DNA of 64,000 nt from assembly GCF_006345805.1 (NCBI RefSeq), contig NC_042997.1, positions 43,710,001-43,774,000 of the forward strand, written 5' to 3'. The translations under genes were made by a program, and so were the position numbers. The notes under the pieces are model-generated. The model saw only the letters and a program-made list of their open reading frames with translations, searched no databases and had not been told where the DNA came from. Origin of the DNA: Octopus sinensis (taxonomy: Eukaryota). Each line of letters begins with the position of its first letter. Position 1 is the first letter of the stretch. Positions 26,901-40,205 of the stretch are shown piece by piece.

Positions 26901-29900
26901 GGAAGGGCAAAACAAACCTTGTCAGTGCTGGTGCCATGTAAAATGCACTCAATTCCCTCTGTAAGGTGGTTGGTATTAGGAAGGGCAAAACAAACCTTGT
27001 CAGTGCTGGTGCCATGTAAAATGCACTCAATTCCCTCTGTAAGGTGGTTGGTATTAGGAAGGGCAAAACAAACCTTGTCAGTGCTGGTGCCATGTAAAAT
27101 GCACTCAATTCCCTCTGTAAGGTGGTTGGTATTAGGAAGGGCAAAACAAACCTTGTCAGTGCTGGTGCCATGTAAAATGCACTCAATTCCCTCTGTAAGG
27201 TGGTTGGTATTAGGAAGGGCAAAACAAACCTTGTCAGTGCTGGTGCCATGTAAAATGCACTCAATTCCCTCTGTAAGGTGGTTGGTATTAGGAAGGGCAA
27301 AACAAACCTTGTCAGTGCTGGTGCCATGTAAAATGCACTCAATTCCCTCTGTAAGGTGGTTGGTATTAGGAAGGGCAAAACAAACCTTGTCAGTGCTGGT
27401 GCCATGTAAAATGCACTCAATTCCCTCTGTAAGGTGGTTGGTATTAGGAAGGGCAAAACAAACCTTGTCAGTGCTGGTGCCATGTAAAATGCACTCAATT
27501 CCCTCTGTAAGGTGGTTGGTATTAGGAAGGGCAAAACAAACCTTGTCAGTGCTGGTGCCATGTAAAATGCACTCAATTCCCTCTGTAAGGTGGTTGGTAT
27601 TAGGAAGGGCAAAACAAACCTTGTCAGTGCTGGTGCCATGTAAAATGCACTCAATTCCCTCTGTAAGGTGGTTGGTATTAGGAAGGGCAAAACAAACCTT
27701 GTCAGTGCTGGTGCCATGTAAAATGCACTCAATTCCCTCTGTAAGGTGGTTGGTATTAGGAAGGGCAAAACAAACCTTGTCAGTGCTGGTGCCATGTAAA
27801 ATGCACTCAATTCCCTCTGTAAGGTGGTTGGTATTAGGAAGGGCAAAACAAACCTTGTCAGTGCTGGTGCCATGTAAAATGCACTCAATTCCCTCTGTAA
27901 GGTGGTTGGTATTAGGAAGGGCAAAACAAACCTTGTCAGTGCTGGTGCCATGTAAAATGCACTCAATTCCCTCTGTAAGGTGGTTGGTATTAGGAAGGGC
28001 AAAACAAACCTTGTCAGTGCTGGTGCCATGTAAAATGCACTCAATTCCCTCTGTAAGGTGGTTGGTATTAGGAAGGGCAAAACAAACCTTGTCAGTGCTG
28101 GTGCCATGTAAAATGCACTCAATTCCCTCTGTAAGGTGGTTGGTATTAGGAAGGGCAAAACAAACCTTGTCAGTGCTGGTGCCATGTAAAATGCACTCAA
28201 TTCCCTCTGTAAGGTGGTTGGTATTAGGAAGGGCAAAACAAACCTTGTCAGTGCTGGTGCCATGTAAAATGCACTCAATTCCCTCTGTAAGGTGGTTGGT
28301 ATTAGGAAGGGCAAAACAAACCTTGTCAGTGCTGGTGCCATGTAAAATGCACTCAATTCCCTCTGTAAGGTGGTTGGTATTTGGAAGGGCAAAACAAACC
28401 TTGTCAGTGCTGGTGCCATGTAAAATGCACTCAATTCCCTCTGTAAGGTGGTTGGTATTAGGAAGGGCAAAACAAACCTTGTCAGTGCTGGTGCCATGTA
28501 AAATGCACTCAATTCCCTCTGTAAGGTGGTTGGTATTAGGAAGGGCAAAACAAACCTTGTCAGTGCTGGTGCCATGTAAAATGCACTCAATTCCCTCTGT
28601 AAGGTGGTTGGTATTAGGAAGGGCAAAACAAACCTTGTCAGTGCTGGTGCCATGTAAAATGCACTCAATTCCCTCTGTAAGGTGGTTGGTATTAGGAAGG
28701 GCAAAACAAACCTTGTCAGTGCTGGTGCCATGTAAAATGCACTCAATTCCCTCTGTAAGGTGGTTGGTATTAGGAAGGGCAAAACAAACCTTGTCAGTGC
28801 TGGTGCCATGTAAAATGCACTCAATTCCCTCTGTAAGGTGGTTGGTATTAGGAAGGGCAAAACAAACCTTGTCAGTGCTGGTGCCATGTAAAATGCACTC
28901 AATTCCCTCTGTAAGGTGGTTGGTATTAGGAAGGGCAAAACAAACCTTGTCAGTGCTGGTGCCATGTAAAATGCACTCAATTCCCTCTGTAAGGTGGTTG
29001 GTATTAGGAAGGGCAAAACAAACCTTGTCAGTGCTGGTGCCATGTAAAATGCACTCAATTCCCTCTGTAAGGTGGTTGGTATTAGGAAGGGCAAAACAAA
29101 CCTTGTCAGTGCTGGTGCCATGTAAAATGCACTCAATTCCCTCTGTAAGGTGGTTGGTATTAGGAAGGGCAAAACAAACCTTGTCAGTGCTGGTGCCATG
29201 TAAAATGCACTCAATTCCCTCTGTAAGGTGGTTGGTATTAGGAAGGGCAAAACAAACCTTGTCAGTGCTGGTGCCATGTAAAATGCACTCAATTCCCTCT
29301 GTAAGGTGGTTGGTATTAGGAAGGGCAAAACAAACCTTGTCAGTGCTGGTGCCATGTAAAATGCACTCAATTCCCTCTGTAAGGTGGTTGGTATTAGGAA
29401 GGGCAAAACAAACCTTGTCAGTGCTGGTGCCATGTAAAATGCACTCAATTCCCTCTGTAAGGTGGTTGGTATTAGGAAGGGCAAAACAAACCTTGTCAGT
29501 GCTGGTGCCATGTAAAATGCACTCAATTCCCTCTGTAAGGTGGTTGGTATTAGGAAGGGCAAAACAAACCTTGTCAGTGCTGGTGCCATGTAAAATGCAC
29601 TCAATTCCCTCTGTAAGGTGGTTGGTATTTGGAAGGGCAAAACAAACCTTGTCAGTGCTGGTGCCATGTAAAATGCACTCAATTCCCTCTGTAAGGTGGT
29701 TGGTATTAGGAAGGGCAAAACAAACCTTGTCAGTGCTGGTGCCATGTAAAATGCACTCAATTCCCTCTGTAAGGTGGTTGGTATTAGGAAGGGCAAAACA
29801 AACCTTGTCAGTGCTGGTGCCATGTAAAATGCACTCAATTCCCTCTGTAAGGTGGTTGGTATTAGGAAGGGCAAAACAAACCTTGTCAGTGCTGGTGCCA

Positions 29901-32445
29901 TGTAAAATGCACTCAATTCCCTCTGTAAGGTGGTTGGTATTAGGAAGGGCAAAACAAACCTTGTCAGTGCTGGTGCCATGTAAAATGCACTCAATTCCCT
30001 CTGTAAGGTGGTTGGTATTAGGAAGGGCAAAACAAACCTTGTCAGTGCTGGTGCCATGTAAAATGCACTCAATTCCCTCTGTAAGGTGGTTGGTATTAGG
30101 AAGGGCAAAACAAACCTTGTCAGTGCTGGTGCCATGTAAAATGCACTCAATTCCCTCTGTAAGGTGGTTGGTATTAGGAAGGGCAAAACAAACCTTGTCA
30201 GTGCTGGTGCCATGTAAAATGCACTCAATTCCCTCTGTAAGGTGGTTGGTATTAGGAAGGGCAAAACAAACCTTGTCAGTGCTGGTGCCATGTAAAATGC
30301 ACTCAATTCCCTCTGTAAGGTGGTTGGTATTAGGAAGGGCAAAACAAACCTTGTCAGTGCTGGTGCCATGTAAAATGCACTCAATTCCCTCTGTAAGGTG
30401 GTTGGTATTAGGAAGGGCAAAACAAACCTTGTCAGTGCTGGTGCCATGTAAAATGCACTCAATTCCCTCTGTAAGGTGGTTGGTATTAGGAAGGGCAAAA
30501 CAAACCTTGTCAGTGCTGGTGCCATGTAAAATGCACTCAATTCCCTCTGTAAGGTGGTTGGTATTAGGAAGGGCAAAACAAACCTTGTCAGTGCTGGTGC
30601 CATGTAAAATGCACTCAATTCCCTCTGTAAGGTGGTTGGTATTAGGAAGGGCAAAACAAACCTTGTCAGTGCTGGTGCCATGTAAAATGCACTCAATTCC
30701 CTCTGTAAGGTGGTTGGTATTTGGAAGGGCAAAACAAACCTTGTCAGTGCTGGTGCCATGTAAAATGCACTCAATTCCCTCTGTAAGGTGGTTGGTATTA
30801 GGAAGGGCAAAACAAACCTTGTCAGTGCTGGTGCCATGTAAAATGCACTCAATTCCCTCTGTAAGGTGGTTGGTATTAGGAAGGGCAAAACAAACCTTGT
30901 CAGTGCTGGTGCCATGTAAAATGCACTCAATTCCCTCTGTAAGGTGGTTGGTATTAGGAAGGGCAAAACAAACCTTGTCAGTGCTGGTGCCATGTAAAAT
31001 GCACTCAATTCCCTCTGTAAGGTGGTTGGCATTAGGAAGGGCAAAACAAACCTTGTCAGTGCTGGTGCCATGTAAAATGCACTCAATTCCCTCTGTAAGG
31101 TGGTTGGTATTAGGAAGGGCAAAACAAACCTTGTCAGTGCTGGTGCCATGTAAAATGCACTCAATTCCCTCTGTAAGGTGGTTGGTATTAGGAAGGGCAA
31201 AACAAACCTTGTCAGTGCTGGTGCCATGTAAAATGCACTCAATTCCCTCTGTAAGGTGGTTGGCATTAGGAAGGGCAAAACAAACCTTGTCAGTGCTGGT
31301 GCCATGTAAAATGCACTCAATTCCCTCTGTAAGGTGGTTGGTATTAGGAAGGGCAAAACAAACCTTGTCAGTGCTGGTGCCATGTAAAATGCACTCAATT
31401 CCCTCTGTAAGGTGGTTGGTATTAGGAAGGGCAAAACAAACCTTGTCAGTGCTGGTGCCATGTAAAATGCACTCAATTCCCTCTGTAAGGTGGTTGGTAT
31501 TAGGAAGGGCAAAACAAACCTTGTCAGTGCTGGTGCCATGTAAAATGCACTCAATTCCCTCTGTAAGGTGGTTGGTATTAGGAAGGGCAAAACAAACCTT
31601 GTCAGTGCTGGTGCCATGTAAAATGCACTCAATTCCCTCTGTAAGGTGGTTGGTATTAGGAAGGGCAAAACAAACCTTGTCAGTGCTGGTGCCATGTAAA
31701 ATGCACTCAATTCCCTCTGTAAGGTGGTTGGTATTAGGAAGGGCAAAACAAACCTTGTCAGTGCTGGTGCCATGTAAAATGCACTCAATTCCCTCTGTAA
31801 GGTGGTTGGTATTAGGAAGGGCAAAACAAACCTTGTCAGTGCTGGTGCCATGTAAAATGCACTCAATTCCCTCTGTAAGGTGGTTGGCATTAGGAAGGGC
31901 AAAACAAACCTTGTCAGTGCTGGTGCCATGTAAAATGCACTCAATTCCCTCTGTAAGGTGGTTGGTATTAGGAAGGGCAAAACAAACCTTGTCAGTGCTG
32001 GTGCCATGTAAAATGCACTCAATTCCCTCTGTAAGGTGGTTGGTATTAGGAAGGGCAAAACAAACCTTGTCAGTGCTGGTGCCATGTAAAATGCACTCAA
32101 TTCCCTCTGTAAGGTGGTTGGTATTAGGAAGGGCAAAACAAACCTTGTCAGTGCTGGTGCCATGTAAAATGCACTCAATTCCCTCTGTAAGGTGGTTGGT
32201 ATTAGGAAGGGCAAAACAAACCTTGTCAGTGCTGGTGCCATGTAAAATGCACTCAATTCCCTCTGTAAGGTGGTTGGTATTAGGAAGGGCAAAACAAACC
32301 TTGTCAGTGCTGGTGCCATGTAAAATGCACTCAATTCCCTCTGTAAGGTGGTTGGTATTAGGAAGGGCAAAACAAACCTTGTCAGTGCTGGTGCCATGTA
32401 AAATGCACTCAATTCCCTCTGTAAGGTGGTTGGTATTAGGAAGGG
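17911..32445 (+). repeat. 78-bp tandem satellite, about 185 units as assembled, inside arginase intron 1
   Basis: Unit gtgctggtgccatgtaaaatgcactcaattccctctgtaaggtggttggtattaggaagggcaaaacaaaccttgtca; 26-aa periodicity in the ORF track; contains a 100-N gap. Confidence 0.98.
19415..19514. other. Assembly gap (100 N)
   Basis: Run of exactly 100 N. Confidence 1.
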
Positions 32446-32563
32446 AATCCAGCCGTAAAATCCGTGCCAAAACAGACAGTTAAGCCTGCTGCAGGTTCTT
32501 TGCAAGCCAGTTTCTGTCAAACCATTTAACTCATGCTAGCATGGGAAATGGACATTGAATGAT
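32446..32563 (+). mobile_element. 3' half of the family C-like element that hosts the satellite
   Basis: aagggaatccagccgtaaaa...catgctagcatgggaaatggacattgaatgatg continues the family C core directly after the last unit. Confidence 0.8.
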
Positions 32564-32954
32564 GGCATAGGAGTGGCTGTGTGGTCAATAGCTTGCTTAC
32601 AAACCATATGGTTCCGGGTTCAGTCCCACTGTGTGGCACCTTGGGCAAGTGTCTTCTATTATAGCCTCGGGTCGACCAAAGCCTTGTGAGTGGATTTGGC
32701 AGACGGAAACTGAAAGAAGCCCTTCGTATATATGTATATGTATATGTGTATGTTTGTGTGTCTGTCTTTGTACCCCCAACGTCGCTTGACAACTGATACA
32801 GGTGTGTTTACATCCCCGTAACTTAGCAGTTCAGTAAAAGGGACCGATAGAATAAGTACCAGGCTTACAAAGAATAAGTCCTGGGGTTGATTTGCTTGAG
32901 TAAAGGCGGTGCTCCAACATGGCCACAGTCACGTGACTGAAACAAGTAAAAGAG
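32564..32954 (+). mobile_element. SINE family A
   Basis: Full copy abutting the satellite host tail. Confidence 0.88.
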
Positions 32955-33433
32955 ATCCCATGTATAGATGTGATGCAGGCATGACTGTGTGGTAATAAGA
33001 TTGCTCCCTGATCACATGATCTCAGGTTCAGTCCCATAGTGTGGCATCTTAGGCAAGTGTCTTTTACCTTAGGCCTTAGGTCTACCAAGTCTTGTGAGAG
33101 GATTTGGTAAACAGAGCCTTAAAGAAGCCCGATGTGTGCGTGTGTGTGTGTGTGTTTCTATCTCCTTGCTTTGACCTCACGTGATATGTGTAGACAAGTG
33201 CCACTCTTGTGCAAATGGTGTGCTTCATTAGCAGTCTTTTGTGAAAGCATATCTGACCCTGGGGAAATATTACTTTGCTTGGAAACAGGCAACGGGTTGG
33301 CACCAGGGTCAGCATCTAGCCCAGAAAATTTGCCTCAACACATTCCGTCTGACCCATGTGAGCATGGAAAACTGGATGGTAGATGATGTTGACAATGATG
33401 ATGTTCTTTTGTATATAGCGATGTTGGGGGTAC

Positions 33434-33836
33434 ATAGGTGCAGGAGTGGCTGTGTGGTAAGTAGCTTGTTTACCAACCACATGGTTCCGGGTTCAGTCCC
33501 ACTGCGTGGCACCTTGGGCAAGTGTCTTCTACTATAGCCTCAGGCCGACCAAAGCCTTGTGAGTGGATTTGGTAGACGGAAACTGAAAGAAGCCCGTCGT
33601 ATATATGTATATGCGTGTGTGTGTTTGTGTGTCTGTGTTTGTCCCCCTAGCATTGCTTGACAACCGATGCTGGTGTGTTTATGTCCCCGTCACTTAGCGG
33701 TTCGGCAAAAGAGACCGATAGAATAAGTACTGGGCTTACAAAAGAATAAGTCCCGGGGTCGAGTTGCTCGATTAAAGGCGGTGCTCCAGCATGGCTGCAG
33801 TCAAATGACTGAAACAAGTAAAAGAGTAAAAGAGAG
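33434..33836 (+). mobile_element. SINE family A
   Basis: Full copy with few mismatches to the other copies. Confidence 0.9.
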
Positions 33837-34243
33837 CCCACTGACACATTGTCCAACCGTTATTGGGCCGTTGGACATTCTGCTGTGATATGCCCAATTG
33901 TTTCAACATTCTGAGCATATTACAGAGTTTTTTGTTTACTGCTGGTCTTGAAAGATTTTGCTAATATGTGTGGCTTGTGGTAAGAATTACATTTCATATT
34001 GCTACTTGAATTTTTTGTGCAACCATATTTTTTTTATTTTTTTACAACCATATTTCTAATTCTTGTTAGTCAAAAGATTTAGGCATGGGCATGGCTGTGT
34101 GGTAGGAAGATTTCTTCTCAACCACATGGTTTTGGATTCAGTCCCATTGCATAGCACCTTGGGCAAGTGACTTCTACGATAGGTCTGGGTTGAATAAAGC
34201 CCTATCAGTGGATTTGGTAGATGGAAACAGAAAGGAGCTTGCC

Positions 34244-34298
<55 letters not shown>

Positions 34299-35087
34299 CA
34301 CTCTGTTTTGAACTTGGCCCACTGAAAGGAACTTATAACCTTATGATCATGAGCTGAATACCTTAGCCACTAAGTCACAATATATACATTGTGTGTCTTT
34401 GTGTTTGTCTCCATCACTGCTTGACAACTGGTGTTAGTTTGTTTACATCCTAGTAACTTAGCAGATCAGCAAAAGAGACCAATAGAATAAGTAGCAGGAT
34501 TAGGAAAAAATAAGTACTGAGATCAATTTGTTCAACAAAAATGCCTCAAAGCAATGTTGTAGTATGGCCAAAGTCTTCTGAATGAAACAATTACAATTAG
34601 TAAAGGAAGTAAATACATAAAAAAAATTAATTAGCAGAACATAGAATTGTCTGTCAGTGACTTGATGGAGAAGATGAGTGACTGAATATTCTTCATTTTG
34701 CACTTTGGTGAACTTGGTAGATATGATTAGTGTAATTTGGATGAAAATATCTTATGTTGAGGTGTTTACATTTGTTGAATGTTCAAACAGAAATGAAGAT
34801 TATTTATATCTTTGTAGGTAGGGCAAGGAGTATTTTTTTTTCAGAGTGTGAGAATGCAGATTTAGCTCAGCATATTGAAATATCAAAAGGAATTTTTCAT
34901 TTGCATCAGTTGTGTTCCTCTTTCATGTTTAGTGTTGTACACCTCAGCTGACATGTGCTTGGGATGACATTCTACAGATGGTGAGCAATTTTACGGTTGC
35001 ATTATACATTCCAATGAATTCACTCGTCAAACTGTTAATTATAGTGTCAGCTAATTGTAGGAAATAACTACAAACTATAATTATTAA

Positions 35088-35310
35088 CCCTTTCGTTACC
35101 AACCTGGCTGAAACTGGCTCTGGCTCTGTAGTACAAATGTTTTGTTTTCATAAGTTCTGAATTAAAATCTTCCACCAAACCTTAGTCACAATTTATGCTC
35201 CTAACACTAGCTTAATGATAACATAAGTTATTTTACTAAATTCTTTGTTATATTTAAAAGTAATTGAAAGAAACAGAGAGCATCTCAAAATAAATACAGT
35301 AATGAAAGGG
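35088..35310. mobile_element. piggyBac-type MITE, second family
   Basis: TTAA|CCCTTTCGTTAC...GTAATGAAAGGG|TTAA. Confidence 0.8.
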
Positions 35311-36887
35311 TTAATGTTAGTTTAATTTCAAAGCCTTTTTCTTGCACTCCTGAACGTAAAAGTGGAGGCCTATTTGGGCTGGATATGACTGGTTTAAATG
35401 CTAAAGGGTTAAAGTTTGGTAATCATTCTTTCAGTCTCTTTTGCCAAACCAATAAGTTATAGGAACATGAACAAACCAACAACTGTTGTCAAACAATGGG
35501 GAGAGGAACAGACATGCACAACCACACACACACACACGCACATGCATGCACACAAACACATACACAATGAGCTTCCACACAATTTCCATCTGATAAATTC
35601 ACAAAGCTGTAATCAGGGGTAGTGCTATGGTAGAAGACATTTGTCCAAGATGCTGTACAGTGGAACTGAACCTGAAACCACATGGTTGAAGCACGAGCTT
35701 TTTAACAACACAGCCATTTATTTGCAATGGCTTTGTTATGTTTATTTTTGCCTTTCTTGTTGTTGTTAACGCAGTGAACTGGCTGAATATTTAGAGTAGC
35801 AAAATGCATTGTGGTATTTGTTCTGGGCCTTTATTTCCTAGTGCAAATCTTATTGAGGTCGACTTTCCTTTTGTTGACTTACATTTTACCAACTGATCTG
35901 GGGTTGATAAAATAAAGTACTAGTCAAGTACTGGGTTGATTATGTAATTTAATAACTCCTTTTCCTCAAAAAATTGTTGGGTTTGTGCTCCAAGTAGAAA
36001 CAAATATCACTGTTGTCAGAAAGCCTTGGCACTAATGGGGCTCTACTGGTTTAAGATAAACCCTACTGGCACGGAAACGCAATCAAGATGTCCTTGACAC
36101 ATGCAGTGTGATGAATTTGTTCTGCTCTAGCCTGTTCAGACAATTGTCGACATGAAAAGTTATGTCAAGCACATGTCGCATGTGGGACATATCAGCTATC
36201 TGTAGATCAGGCAGTTTTCCTTTGTTTGATGGTGTAAAACAAAAAAGGTTGTGTGATGGATGAGATTGAAAGGTCTGAGATAAGACCTTTTCCTCTTTGG
36301 TTGAACCCACACTGATTTGTTTCGAGTTTTTCTTGGAAAGGAAGGTCAGGGTAGAGAGGAAGGGACTGTTCTCAAAAGAATTTATTGAAAGGTGGATCAG
36401 AGTTTAAAAAACAGCAAGACTGGATAAGGGATCACTTGCAAATCAGAGAACTTAATCCGTTTGTCTGTCCTTGTTTGTCCTCTCTGTGTTTAGCTCCTTG
36501 TGGGTAGTAAAGAAATAGGTTTTTCACCCGTTGCTCCATTCTGAGTTCAAATTCCTCCAAGGTCCACTTTATCTTTCCTCCTTTCAGGGTCGATAAAATA
36601 AGTACCAGTTGAACACTGGGGTCGATGTAATCGACTCATCCCCTCCCCAAAACTGCTGCCCTTGTGGCAAAATTTGAAACCATCATTATTATTATTACAG
36701 TGGCGAGCTGGCAGAATTATTAGCACGCCGGACAAAATATTTAGCAGTATTTTGTCCATCTTTATGTTCTGAGTTCAAATTGTGCTGTGGTAGACTTTGC
36801 CTTTCGGGGTCAGTGAAAAGAGTACCAGTTACATACTGGTCCTCTCCCTCAAAATTTCAGGCCTTGTGCCTTATTATTTTTTTTCCT

Positions 36888-37280
36888 TTTATTCTTTTAC
36901 TTGTTTCAGTCATTTGACTGTGGCCATGCTGGAGCACTGCTTTTAATCAAGCAAATTGACCCCAGGACTTATTCTTTAATGCTTATTCTATTGGTCACTT
37001 TTGGCAAACTGCTAAGTTACGGGGATGTAAACACATCAGCATCAGTTGTCAAGCGATGTTGGGGGGGACAAACACAGATACACATACATATATACATGTG
37101 TGTGTTTGTGTGTGTATATGATGGGCTTCTTTCAGTTTCCACCTACCAAATCCACTCACAAGGCTTTGGTCAGCCCGAAGCTAAGGTTGAAGACAATTGC
37201 CCAAGGTGTCATGCAGTGGGACTGAACCCAGAGCCATGTGGTTGGTAAGCAAGCTACTTACCACACAGCTATTTCTGCGC
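36888..37280 (-). mobile_element. SINE family A, diverged
   Basis: Reverse-complement copy followed by (ATT)n. Confidence 0.85.
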
Positions 37281-37281
37281 C

Positions 37282-37327
<46 letters not shown>

Positions 37328-37687
37328 GAATGTAGTGAGCTTACAGAATGTTCAAGCATTGTAAAAATGCCTTGTGGTTTTTCTTCCAGCTCTTTACCTT
37401 CTGAGTCTGAGTCCTGCTATGATAAACTTTCTGCCTCAGCCTCAGTGTCTGGAGCTGACAACGAGCAAGTTGAGGGTCTCTTATCGGCCTGTTGTCTGTA
37501 GCACTGCATCTTGCATCTTATAACAATGGGTAGACATATAGGATGAGCAGGAGTGTCAGGGGCATTGGCGCTGGGGTGAGAAGTGGGAGGAAAACACAGA
37601 AAAGACAAAAGAGAAACCAAACCAAAGCCAAGTGAGTGAGTTGGGGAGGAATTCATCTACTCCTAGAACTGCATGGAACATCCACGA

Positions 37688-38091
37688 GTCGCAGGAGTGG
37701 CTGTGTGGTAAGTAGCTTGCTAACAAACCACATGGTTCCGGGTTCAGTCCCACTGCATGGCACCTTGGGCAAGTGTCTTCTACTATAGCCTCGGGCCGAC
37801 CAAAGCCTTGTGCGTGGATTTGGTAGACGGAAACTGAAAGAAGCCCGTCGTATATATGTATATATATATCTGTGTGTGTGTGTCTGTGTTTGTCCCCCTA
37901 GCATTGCTTGACAACCGAAGCTGGTGTGTTTATGTCCCCATTACTTAGCAGTTCAGCAAAAGAGACCAATAGAATAAGTACTGGGCTTACAAAGAATAAG
38001 TCCCGGGGTCGAGTTGCTCGACTAAAGGCGGTGCTCCAGCATGGCTGCAGTCAAATGACTGAAACAAGTAAAAGAGTAAAGAGTAAAAGAG
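37688..38091 (+). mobile_element. SINE family A
   Basis: Full copy. Confidence 0.9.
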
Positions 38092-39098
38092 AGTCCTTTG
38101 AACAGCCAACAAGGAATGGTTGGATATGGTAAACAAGTTGAAGAAAGAATAAAACTGTGTTGACTGAAGAGATGAACTCTGAGTCTTGTAGAACATCTGA
38201 AGGATAAGCTGTTGGTGGGAACCACCAATGCACTTTATGCAGTCAGAGTGCAACTGCCTACCTGAAGGATTTTGGAGAATTCTAGCTATTTCTCTCTCTC
38301 TATCTCTCCCCCCCCCCTCTCTCTCTCTCTCTCTCTGACACCAGAGATATTCAGGGGCACCTTTGAAAAATATTACTTTCTTAGGGGTGGAAGGTGTTCA
38401 GTGTCATGGGGTTGTTCTCATCTTACCTAGATTGAAGCCTCTCTCTCATATGTGGGTAGGTTGCCTTTGTTTGTTTTTTTTAATATTTATATATGTGTAT
38501 ATTTATTTATTTTTTACAAAATTTATGTTTTTATGTACCAAGTTTGATTTGATATATTGTATAACATTTGCTGCACCCCTGTTTTGGTGTATATATATAT
38601 ATATATATATATATGCTGATGTTAAACGATGATGATGATATATATGTGTGTGTGTGTGTATGTATGCATGCATATATATACATATATATATTTTGTTGTT
38701 TCAGCTCAGAGCTACGGCCATGCTGGGGCATATATGATGATGATATATATCATTTTTAGAAAACATAAATCTGGTGGAGAAGCACACTCTAAGAAGTGGA
38801 GCAGTCTGTGTATTTTTTTTTCACTGGGGAAGGCTGGTTTATGGGATTATCCTGGGTTTCCTGTCCAGGGTTAATGGCATATCATCAGACCCTAAGACCT
38901 CTTTAAAATATGAGGTGGTGGGGGGTAGCCTCATTGCATATATGTAACTATGTACATCATTTCACATCCAGTAAACCCTTTTCCTAACACGCATGTGCTT
39001 GTGGCATACAATGAAAGAGTCATCACTCCATTCTGAGTTCAAATTCTGCTGAGGTCAACTTTGCCTTTCGTCCTTTCAAGGTCAATAAATTAAGTACC

Positions 39099-39332
39099 TA
39101 TTTCTTTATTACCCACAAGGGGCTAAACACAGAGGGGACAAACAAGGACAGACATAGGTATTAAGTCGATTACATCGACCCCAGTGCATAACTGGTACTT
39201 AATTTATCGACCCCGAAAGGATGAAAGGCAAAGTCGACCTCGGCGGAATTTGAACTCACAACGTAACGGCAGACGAAATACCGCTAAGCATTTCGCCCGG
39301 CGTGCTAACGTTTCTACCAGCTCGCCGCCTTT
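39099..39332 (-). mobile_element. tRNA-derived SINE family E nested in an older family E copy (about 39030-39420)
   Basis: Reverse complement head ggcgagctggtagaaacgttag...gagttcaaattcc; 15-bp TSD aataaattaagtacc at 39084 and 39333. Confidence 0.88.
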
Positions 39333-39692
39333 AATAAATTAAGTACCAGTTAAACACTGGGGTTGATGTAATCAACTCGCCCCCTCCCCCAAAAATTTCA
39401 GGCTTTGTGTCCTATAGTAGAAAGGACTATTATCATCCCCTTTATACATTTCCTCATATTCATATTGTAACACACTTTTATTATCTTGTGTTACTGTATC
39501 GGATTACTTTCTGCATTCTTCACTTGGCACTGAATTGTTTCTCAATCTATCAACTTGCTTGCTTGTTCATCTAATTGTCTATTTCTTCATCTCTCTCTCT
39601 CTCTCTCTCTCACACACATACACACACATAAACACATGTATGTGCACTCACGCACATAAATGCATGTACACACACACACACACACTCACATG

Positions 39693-39729
<37 letters not shown>

Positions 39730-39869
39730 ACCCTTGCTTGTGTTCACTGACTCCTGATTAATTACGCATCCTTACTTTAACCTACTTTTCTTCATGTGGT
39801 GCCACAATAAAGCTTGCTTGTGAAAACCTGCTATCAAATAGAACAAGGGTCTGATAACCCTAACCCTAA

Positions 39870-40205
39870 CCCCCTCTCTTCCAGGTTTTCCAGGCCTGTT
39901 TCTTTGATCTAATGGCTTTGTCTACTGTATTATTCCACCACCACGTTACTCTAGGTCTGGAAGGGACTTTGCACCATCCGCAGACTTGGTCTGTGGCACT
40001 TAGTAAGCTGTCCCATAGGAATTTCCAGATATTTTCTATGTCCAAGGTCTGTAGTTCCTACTCCCACTCATTAAATTTCTTGATGAGGATGTACCTAAAT
40101 TTCTTACCATGTGAAGGGTTCTTTAGCTTCCAAATCCTTCTTTTCTGGATTGGTCTGCTTCTTGGCATCTTTCTGGCCTCAAGTCTAAAGTCATTAATGA
40201 CTAGT
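39870..40205 (-). mobile_element. RTE LINE fragment
   Basis: Reverse complement matches about 53740-54070. Confidence 0.85.

Noticed and set aside
17911-32445. CRISPR-like array
   Set aside because: No unique spacers, no cas genes, eukaryotic context.
23182-32520. Giant ORFs of 2348-3112 aa as protein-coding genes
   Set aside because: They are translations of an almost invariant 78-bp non-coding repeat derived from a retroelement, open on both strands, with no synonymous-site pattern, and intronic.
39855-39875. Telomeric (TAACCC)n seed
   Set aside because: Only 2-3 units; too short to interpret.
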